From Reclinomonas americana ATCC 50394 (Eukaryota): DNA of 32,271 nucleotides. Below are positions 23,351-32,271 of this stretch, in pieces; within the stretch, counting starts at the first letter, position 1; the number at the start of each line of letters is the position of its first letter. The position numbers and the translations under genes are program-made. A model generated the notes under the pieces. It saw nothing but the letters and a program-made list of their open reading frames with translations. It was not told the DNA's origin and did not search any database. The stretch spans positions 2,555 through 34,825 of the forward strand of contig PS015047.1 of assembly GCA_048213135.1 (NCBI GenBank). The letters run 5' to 3'.

Positions 23351-25407
23351 TCAATTGAAGGGCCGTGGTCTGGCCAGCGGCGTGCTCTCGGCGACCACCT
23401 TGCGCAGCTCGTCCACCCGCTGTGCGCGAGATTCGAGCAGCGAGGAGGAGGGTGTGGAGGCGAGGAAGAAGATTTCTCCGCGCTTCTCGTAGACCTCCTG
23501 CGGGGAGGCAAGCAGGAGAGGGTGAGGGTGGGTGGGTTGGTGGGAAGAGGAGGAGGGTGGAGGGAAGACTCACTCGTCGCGCTCCGACTTGTCGCAGCTC
23601 GGCGATTTCGGCGTTCACTGTGGCGATCTGGAGAGGGAGAATGGTGAGGGAGGGGGAGAAGGAGAGAGGGAGGGCAAGAAGTAGAGAACACAGGGAGGGA
23701 GGGAACAGAACGAAAGAAGCCTGCCTCCGAGGTACAGAAGGGCAGCATGTCTCCCCTATCGCAACTCAAGGAGGAGGAGGAGGAGGAGGAGGAGGAGAGA
23801 AAGACTGCTTGCGCCACCATCAGACAACCGTTCCCTTTCGCCTTCCCCTGCAAACCTCTCTCTCCGCCTTGATGATCCTCTGTCGATGCACCGGCACCTC
23901 GCGCACATATTGCAGCGCCTGCTCTATAAGAACACGCTGAAACACACACAAACCAATCAGAAAATCACACCAAACGAGCCAGAAGCACTCACAATCAACA
24001 CACGCTGACGAATCCCCACACCAAACACTCACCAAACACACAACACACATTGACAAAACTTCGTACAAATGCACGCAAATCACACTAAACAAGCGAGAAG
24101 CACCCACAAGCACACACACGCTGATGAATCCCCACATACAGGCACACTAAACACACACCAAACACACACCAAACACGCACGAAACACTCAGCAAAACACA
24201 CAAGTATACAAGAACTCATCACATCACACAAAGCTGCCTCTGTGCCTCGCAAAAACACACGCAGACGAAGCCCCACACACAGGCACACTAAACACACAAC
24301 AAACACACACCAAACACTCACCAAACGCACTCCAAAACACACAGACACTGTCAGGACACACGACGTTCACAATCACTCTTTCGTTGAGCGCACTTACTCC
24401 CTTGCCTCTCCCTCTCCACCTCTCTCAGAGACCACGAGTCTCCTCTCTCCACACGCACGCAGCGCCTCACAGGACGCCTCCATTGGCACTTCGTGCACCG
24501 ACTCGAAGCTACAAAGACACAAATACTCATGACAATAGTCTCAGCGCCTCACAAGCACACACACTGGCGAATCCCCACACACAGGCACACTAAACACACA
24601 CCAAACACTCACCAAAGCACATACATTGACAGAACTTCGAACAAACGTCACACAAATCACACTGAACAGTCTCTGCGCCTCACAAGCATACACGTCACAT
24701 ACAGGCACACAAAACACACACCAGACACTCACCAAACACTCACCAAAAACACACTCAAGCTCTCAGGACACGCGAAGTTCGAAATCAGTCACCAGTGAGA
24801 GCGCCCCTTGCCTCTCTCTGCCTCTCTCTGCCTCTCTCCTTCTCTCTCTCAGAGACCATGAGTCTCCTCTCTCCACACGCACGCAGCGCCTCACAAGACG
24901 CCTCCATTGGCGCCTCGTGCACCATCTCGAAGCTACAAAGACACAAATACTCATGACAATAGTCTCAGCGCCTCACAAGCAACACACGCTGATGAAGCCC
25001 CACACACAGGCACACTAAACACTCACCAAACACACACCAAATCACATACATTGACAGAACTTCGTACAAACGTCACACAAATCACATGAACAGTCTCTGC
25101 ACCTCGCAGCCAACACGCGCTGATGATCCCACATACACAGGCACACTAAACACACGCCAAACACTCACCAAACACTCACCAAAACGCACAGACATTGTCA
25201 GGACACGCGAAGTTACTCTTTCGCTGAGCGCACTGACTCCCTTGCCTCTCCCTCTCTGCCTCTCTCCCCCTCCCTCCCTCCTCTCTCAGAGACCATGAGT
25301 CTCCTCCTCTCTCCACACGCACGCAGCGCCTCACAGGACGCCTCCATTGGCGCCTCGTGCACCGACTCTGACGAGGAAGAAGGCGACGATGAAGAGAGAA
25401 GCACCAT
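23351..25407 (-). CDS. ASDURF-like small beta-prefoldin-type protein, 117 aa, 4 exons
   Basis: Exons 25407-25323, 23923-23856, 23627-23574 and 23497-23351 give MVLLSSSSPSSSSESVHEAPMEASCEALQQALQYVREVPVHRQRIIKAEREIATVNAEIAELRQVGARREVYEKRGEIFFLASTPSSSLLESRAQRVDELRKVVAESTPLARPRPFN*. The layout is helix, VY..IFFL hairpin, helix. Confidence 0.7.
23940..25368. repeat. ~430-bp tandem repeat (about 3 copies, CA-rich subrepeats) forming intron 1 of the prefoldin-like gene
   Basis: The block gagacca[c/t]gagtctcc...acacgcacgcagcgcctcaca[g/a]gacgcctccattggc occurs at ~24428, ~24852 and ~25289; the acaggcacactaaacac subunit is repeated many times. Confidence 0.9.
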
Positions 25408-25611
25408 TACTGCGCAGTCGGATCGCAGAGAAAAGGCCGTGTTTTCGCCGTTGTTGCCCGCGGGCGCAGGTGAGAGAGAAGAGAGAAGAATGGAGGCTCG
25501 ATATCTTTGTTAAACACACACACACACACTTGCACACACACACACTCACTGCACACACACACTCACTCACTGTNNNNNNNNNNNNNNNNNNNNCACACAC
25601 ACACTCACCTA

Positions 25612-25680
<69 letters not shown>

Positions 25681-26615
25681 ACACTCACTCAGTCACTCCC
25701 ATTCTCTGCTCCGTTTCTCACACAGAGATCACTCACTCTGTGCTGCTCTCCCTCCTTCACTTCCCTTCTCTCCTTTCTGCCCTGCCTTGTTCTCTCTCCT
25801 CTCGTCTCTCACTCACCCTTGATCGCATGTCCGATCGCATATGTCCGATCATCTCTCTCTTTTTGTTTCTCTCTTCGTTTTGCAAGCTTTGTGCATCGCG
25901 TCTTATGTGTACGATGAGTATCTGTGCACCATTGTCCTTGTCGTTGTGATAGCTGCGCGCAGAAGGAGATTGTATCGTTTATCAGCCGTTTATCGAGGTG
26001 TTGTGCTCGAAGCATGTGGACCTGCTGTGTTTGTCTCCCTCTTTGTCTGCTGCTTCCCGTCGACGAGACTACTCTCTCACCTCTTCCTTCTCTGCAGTGT
26101 GCTCTCATTCTCTCTCTCTCTTTCCCTCGCTCCGAATTCTCTTTCTCTTCCTTCGATTCACTTGTTCTCACGCCATTCATGCATCGTCTCATAAGGTGAC
26201 TTGCTTCCAGCCTTTCCTTCTGCCTTTCTCCACCGTCCTCTCTTTCTTTTCCCTTCTCTCTCACACGCACCACGCACACACACACTCACTCCTCTCTTCT
26301 GTGTCCCCGCGCCATGCATCCGCCCTCTCTCTTCTTCAGATCAGTAGGCGTCCTTCATTCTATCTTCTCCTCTCTCATCTCTTCTCCTCCCTCCCTCCCT
26401 CATCTCCTTCTCTTTCATTCTCTCTCCTTGTCCCCACACCATTCAGCCATCCTCTCCTTCATTCCTCTCGTAAAGCACCTGTCCCTTTCTTTCTGCCGTT
26501 CTCCTCTCTCCCTTCCTCCCTCTCTCTCCCTCCTCCCTTCCTCCCTCCTTCCCTCCTCTCTCTCTCTCCCATCCGTTTCCTTGTGCCTCATCCCTTCTCC
26601 TCTTCTCCCTTACAG

Positions 26616-28555
26616 CGGGCTGGCCCTTCCTCGGCCACCACGCCGAATCCGCCACTGGCGGCGACGTCACCAGCAACCCGCAATCCGCACACACTCCCTG
26701 CATCGCCAGCCCACAATCGCCCACACCGCTGCAGCCGCCAACCTTTGACGAAACGCTGCCTCCTCCTCCTCCGTCCACCGTCAGTCGCGCGTGCAGTCCC
26801 ATCTCCGAGGCCATGTCGTCGTCGCTCTCGCCGCAGTTGGTGTCACTGCGAGCGCAAGTCATGGTCTGCTTTCTCTCATCACGCTCCTCGTGCAAGCCGT
26901 GACTCATTGTGTTTTGTCGTCTTGGCAGCAACTGGAGATGCGCAATCGAGCACTGGAGGAGGAGCTGGCACGCAGAGACGCGCGCCTCCAGTACAACTCG
27001 CGCGCGGTGGAGATTATGCGTGACTCGCTGCTCAAGGACAATGTGCTGCTGCGCAAGACGCTGTCGTATCTGGACGTGGATATCGGCGAGCTCACCGAAT
27101 TCAAGACGGAGGAGTGGGGCGATGTGGAAGGGTGGCGCGAGGAGCAGGACAGCGCCATTCGCAAGCAGGTCACCGGGGCCATGCAACTGCAGGAACTCAA
27201 AATGCAGATTCGACAGCTGGAGCGGGAGCTGGAGACCACAGAGAAAGGCAGGTGGTGGTGGTGGGGCGAGAGTAGTTTTCATTCTCTCTTGGCAGGGGCC
27301 TTGCTCTCTGCACACTCTCGTGCTTTGTTCCGTGGTTCCTGTGCACATGCGATTGTGCAAGAGCTCTCTGCCTCTCCTGGCGGCCATTTCCCGTCGTACA
27401 AGTGGTCTTCTTTCGCCCGTTGCTGGGTTCCTCCAACTTCCTCGTTCTCCTGTCTTTATGTTGATTCGTGCTCGCTTGAACATACTAGAGTTCGCTTCTT
27501 TCGCCGGGCCGGGCTCTCTTCCTTGAATTGCCGTTCCCACTTGGTTGTGCATATATTCTTCTCTTGCTCCCAATAGCTGGATCCTGTGTTGCCTTCTTTC
27601 CTCTGCTTTCAATTGCTCTCCTTATTCTTGCCTTCTTCTGCTGTTCTTCTTTGTTTGTTCGTGCTCATTTCCTTCTCCTCTTCTCCTTCTCCTCCTCCTC
27701 CTTTCCCCACTTCGCAGTGAACACCACCCTCCGCCGCAAGCTGGCCACCCACAGCAGCGCCTGGCACACCAAGTTCAACGCCCTCTACCGCTACCTGCAG
27801 TGCCACCTGGCCGACGAAATGTCCTACTTTGTGTGCCGTTTGCGCGACAAGGCTCGCATGCCACCCGCCGGCGTGCCGGTGACGCTGATTGCCACTGGTG
27901 TGTTTATCAATGTGAGCTTTGTCTCCTTTCGCTGCCTCACGCATGTCGCTTGCAGAGGCCGAGGGCATCAAGAAACTGTGGGAGACCTCGCCTCTTCTGG
28001 CGGTGACGTGCCTCCGGCTGTTGTACTCGTGCCTGCGACAAGTGGCGCATGCGGTATGTTTGTCAATGCGGTGCAAGCGACTGCCTTCTCTCTCATTCTT
28101 GGAGCGTATGACTTCCCTCTTTCATTCTCTTTGATTTGCGGCGGTGTTTATGATGCTTCACTCTTCCGTCTCGGTTTTTCTCTCGAAGATATCAACGGCG
28201 ATTCTCTCTCAAGCTGTTTCATTCTCTGTCACTCAAGCTGTTGTCCTGTGCTCCTTTCCTTCTCGTGATTCCTTTCAATGCTTTTCTCAGCACTCCAACT
28301 GTCTCACACTTTGAGCTACACTCGCGTGTCCTTCTCACCCTCTCGCTTTCTCCTTTTTCCTCTGTCGTCCCATCAATTGTTCGCATTCTGTTGCTCACTC
28401 TCTTGGTATTGCAACTATGTTTTTTCACGTCCCTCTTCTATTGCGCGTTTCTCTTTCTCTCACTCCTGCTGTCGCTGCTTGCCTTGTTTCCTTCTCATCT
28501 TTCCTGCCATTCCTTTTCTTGCTGTTGTTCTTCCTCTTGCATCCTTCGCCCCCTT

Positions 28556-28615
<60 letters not shown>

Positions 28616-29138
28616 GTCGTCTTCTCGTACGTACCGTACGTACGTACGTAGTTACGTACGTTCTTCTTCTTCGTCTCTACTCTTCTTCGTTCGTTACGTC
28701 GTCGTACGTNNNNNNNNNNNNNNNNNNNNNNNNNNNNNNNNNNNNNNNNNNNNNNNNNNNNNNNNNNNNNNNNNNNNNNNNNNNNNNNNNNNNNNNNNNN
28801 NNNNNNNNNNNNNNNNNNNNNNNNNNNNNNNNNNNNNNNNNNNNNNNNNNNNNNNNNNNNNNNNNNNNNNNNNNNNNNNNNNNNNNNNNNNNNNNNNNNN
28901 NNNNNNNNNNNNNNNNNNNNNNNNNNNNNNNNNNNNNNNNNNNNNNNNNNNNNNNNNNNNNNNNNNNNNNNNNNNNNNNNNNNNNNNNNNNNNNNNNNNN
29001 NNTGTCTGCTGAATGTTGAAATATGTTTTGTAAGGGAGGATGCTGATCACCAGCGTGCTGCGCAGCCCTCGCTGTACGGCCAAGGCGGATGTACGGTACA
29101 GCAGGTTGTTCTTCCTCTTGTCATCCTTCGCCCCTTTC

Positions 29139-29185
<47 letters not shown>

Positions 29186-32100
29186 GTCATACATGTTGCT
29201 TCCTGAGTCCCATGAATTGTTCGCATTCTCTTGCTCACTCTCTTTGCGTTACGGCAGCGTTTTCGCACTTCCCTCTTCTCTCGCGCGTTTCTCTTCCTCT
29301 CTCTCCGGCTGTCGCTGTGCACCTTGTTTCATATTGTCTTTTGCTTTTCTTTTTTTCTGTTGTTCTTCCTCGTTCTCTTCTTGCAACACTTGCTCCCTTT
29401 CTTTTTCTCTCTCTGTCTCTCTGTCTCTCGTCATACATGTTGCGTTCCTCAGTACCATGAATTGTTCGCATTCCCTTGCTCACTCTCTTTGCGTTATGGC
29501 AGCGTTTATCACGCTTTCCTCTGCCATCTCGTGCAGCTGTTGCCTCCTGCCACATTTCTTTCTCGTCAGTTCCTGGCGTTGCTTTCCATTTGCCGCCTGC
29601 AGTCTTTCTTCTCTTAATCTCGTCACACGCTCCTCCTCATGTCTCACCTTGTTCGCGAACTTGCTTCATTCTCTCTTCTCTCTCTCTCTCTCCCATCTCT
29701 CTCCCTCTTTCCTTCCCTCTCCCTCTCCCCCCTCCCCCCTCTCTCTCCACTCCTTCTCCCTCTCTCATTCTCCCTCCCCCTTTCCCTCGTCGTAGCACTC
29801 CTGCGTGGAGGTCCACTCCAAAGGCAACCGCATGCTGCTGGTGGCCAGTCGCCCCACCGACGCCGTCCTCTTTTGCCTGCGCGCACAAGAGCAACTATTG
29901 CGTGTAGACTGGCCAGCCGACCTCGACGAGCAGGCCCCGTGCTTCCAGGCACTCAAGTGCGTGCCTCTCTTCTCCCTGCCCCTGTTATTCTCCCGCTCAC
30001 CAACGCACACCACAGATCGGCGGACGACCGTCTCCTCTTCCATGGCGTGCGCGTGCGCATGTCGGTGCTCAACGGCGAGCCACTATGGTCAGTGCCTACT
30101 CACACCGCACTCGTCTGCACGAGCTGGCTGCCTGACCTTGTACGTGCACACGCAGGTTCTTGGATCCAGCCATGACCAATCGCGTGTACTATTATGGTCC
30201 GATTGTGCGCGACGTGTCGCTGATGGCGGCGGCTGCCAATGGCGGCCAAATTCTCATCACGCACGACGTGTACACGGCCGCCCAACCGGTGCTCTTGGAC
30301 GTGCATCACATTAAGGCCGAGTTTACAGACATGGGGCGCGTGGAGTTGTCGACAGGTACTTTGTCACTCTTTCTCTCACCTTGTCCTCCTTCTCCTCACC
30401 CTCCCCTCGCCAGACAATGGCGAGCAAGGCACGCGCATCTGGAGCGCCGTCCCGCACTCGCTCCGCGGGCGACTCTTTCGCGGTCTCTTGCTGGATCGCT
30501 CGCTCAAGAGGCGCGCCGAGCCGTTCGAGTCGATGCTGCCGGACGGCATGAGCCTTGATACGCGGTACAGCGGTGTCGTCAGCGGGGGCGACATGGACCT
30601 GAGCGATCTGGGTCGGCGAATGGAGCAGTTTGCCGATTTCTGCGTGCAGTGCAACCTGGAGGTGGAGCGGCTCGCGCAGCTGCGTGACAACTCCGTGCAA
30701 CACAATGGCAGCTCGCTACCGCGCGAGCTCGACGACGACGATGAGCTCGAGGCACTGTGGAACGAGGCGCTGACCGACATGGAACGCAATTGCTGGGCCA
30801 CACTGAATGCCACCGAGGGCGACGAGCAGGCGGAGCGACTGGAGGTGCTCGAGCCAATTGTGGCCGAGATGCGTGAGCTGCTCAGTCGTCTGGTCCCCGA
30901 ACCAGTACCTGTTGTGCACAGTCGTGCAACGTCAGCCATGCATCCAGTGTGGCGCCCGGCTTGTTGCGTGTCTGCTGAATGTTGAAATATGTTTTGAAGG
31001 GAGATGCTGATCACCAGCGTGCTGCGCAGCCGCGGCGGGAGGGCTCACCGACGAGTTTGGTGTCGTGCGCACGCCACCCGAGGGCAGCGGAAGAAGGAGA
31101 CAGAACAGCAAGAAGCGCATCACCCCGCGTGGTCCACAGCCGCCGCGGGATCCCATGGCGCGTGCCCTGCCGGAGACCACCACCATCAATGTGTGGGGCA
31201 ATCAGGGGACAGCGCGATTGAATGAGGGTTTGTGGGCGTGTCTGGCTCTCCGCTTAACTCTGAGGCTCGGTGCTGATTGCAGATGCTGTGCAGGTGCAGG
31301 TGGAGTGCAGTTACCGCCGCGAGTTCCGCGGTCGTCGTCGGATGCTGAGATAATAGTACGTCGAAAATGAGAATTGGCTCGCATTCGTCAAAGCCCGTCT
31401 TTCTTCTTCTATTTCTCATGCATTCTTCCTCCTTGTGTTCCATGCTTCTCATTTGAGCATGCTGCTGTTGTTGCTGTTGCTATTGTTGTTGTTGTAATTG
31501 TTGTTATTTGTTTGTTCCCATACTTCTGCTGCTCTCTTTGTCGTGTCGTCGTCGTTGTCGTTGCGCCGTCGTCGTTGCTGTTGTTGCTGTCTCTTTCTTG
31601 ATGTCTCTTCCCTTTTCTTGTCGTCGGCTGCTCTTTGTCATGTATTGTTGACATCCTCTCTGCTCAATCTTCAGTCGAAAAATCTCCCTTTATCACTTTA
31701 TCTTTCTGCCCTCAGCCTTGTCTCTCATCTCTCACCCTCCAGTTCCACTTCCCCCATCTGTCCCCAGTTTGTCCTCGTCCCTCTTTCTCTCTGCATTCTT
31801 GTACTTGCCTCTTTTTCACACCCTGCGCCACTTCCCTCTTCCCCTCTGCCACTCTTCTCCTCTTTCCCTCCCCCTTCACCCCCTTCACCCCTTCACCCCC
31901 TTCGCCACTTTCCTCTTCCCCTCTTCCCCTATTTCCCACACCTATTCCACTTCCCATATTCCCTCTCCCTCTCTTCCCTCTCTTCCCCCTTTCGCCTCTT
32001 TACCCCTTCGCCTCTTCACCTCTCCCCCTTTCATCCGTTCCCGTCTCCCATCACCCCTCATCCCTTCACACACACACACACTCCTCTCCGCGCTGCTTTG

Positions 32101-32271
32101 CTGCATAATTTGTCTTTCATTCCTTGTCAGTCGTTGATAGTTGAGTTCCGACTTGCTCGCTGTGCTCTCTCTCTCTCTCTCACACCCCTTCCCCCTTCCC
32201 CCCTTCCTTACCCCCCTCGCAGCCTGGCCCCTTCCGCCGCGCGCCCAACCGCAAGCTCCTCCCCCTCGGCA
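26616..32271 (+). CDS. Coiled-coil plus class III adenylyl-cyclase-fold protein (predicted catalytically dead); both ends unresolved
   Basis: Exons 26616-26863, 26929-27247, 27718-27897, 27956-28053, 29796-29956, 30016-30087, 30156-30355, 30414-30962, 31030-31227, 31294-31355 and 32223-end. Motifs PPAGVPVTLIATEAEGIKKLWE, QEQLLRVDWP, LFHGVRVRMSV, YYGP, ANGGQILIT and PHSLRGRLF resemble fungal/trypanosomatid-type cyclases. The 3' exons are less certain. Confidence 0.82.
28376..29505 (+). repeat. Intronic repeat, 3 diverged copies (~245-bp spacing between the last two)
   Basis: aattgttcgcattc..ttgctcactctctt occurs at ~28376, ~29215 and ~29460. Confidence 0.8.
29068..29104. other. SOLiD/Ion Torrent mate-pair internal adaptor (technical contamination)
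   Basis: ctcgctgtacggccaaggcggatgtacggtacagcag equals the recalled adaptor CTGCTGTACGGCCAAGGCGGATGTACGGTACAGCAG with one extra C. It is preceded by a near-copy of 30969-31031. Confidence 0.88.

Noticed and set aside
25953..25997. Possible upstream exon of the cyclase-like gene (CAQKEIVSFISRLS)
   Set aside because: Its phase does not fit the acceptor at 26615 in the coding frame, so the 5' structure is left unresolved.
26443..27612. 389-aa minus-strand ORF
   Set aside because: It is the antisense shadow of plus-strand exons and CT-rich introns.
29003..29067. Duplicated branch-point/acceptor suggesting alternative splicing in the cyclase-like gene
   Set aside because: It is explained by the adjacent mate-pair adaptor.
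1..32271. Alternative genetic code or stop-codon readthrough
   Set aside because: All reconstructed genes splice into open frames under the standard code; apparent internal stops fall in introns.

Overview
Intron-rich eukaryotic (protist-like) draft scaffold with mostly ~55-75-nt GT-AG introns, many GA/CT/CA microsatellites and eight N gaps; the ORF track is largely uninformative, so genes were rebuilt by manual splicing. In order: (1) a >2,300-aa Pmp-like beta-helix/Cys-rich/multi-TM surface protein whose visible N-terminal part is built from 36 short exons in a strict two-exon, phase-0/phase-1 module; (2) a gap-truncated coiled-coil gene and a 61-aa ORF; (3) a 409-aa secreted Cys-rich protein; (4) a decayed RLE-type non-LTR retrotransposon fragment; (5) a STE20/GCK kinase whose first two exons lie on the opposite strand inside a gap-bounded contig, probably mis-oriented in assembly; (6) a Qa-SNARE syntaxin; (7) a stand-alone ASDURF-like beta-prefoldin; (8) a coiled-coil class III cyclase-fold protein with all six catalytic positions substituted. 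A recurrent GTTG(C/A)G 5' splice-site variant and a likely GC-AG intron occur. An embedded mate-pair adaptor and flow-order-like junk show that some structure is technical. Family assignments rest on recalled motifs, not database searches.
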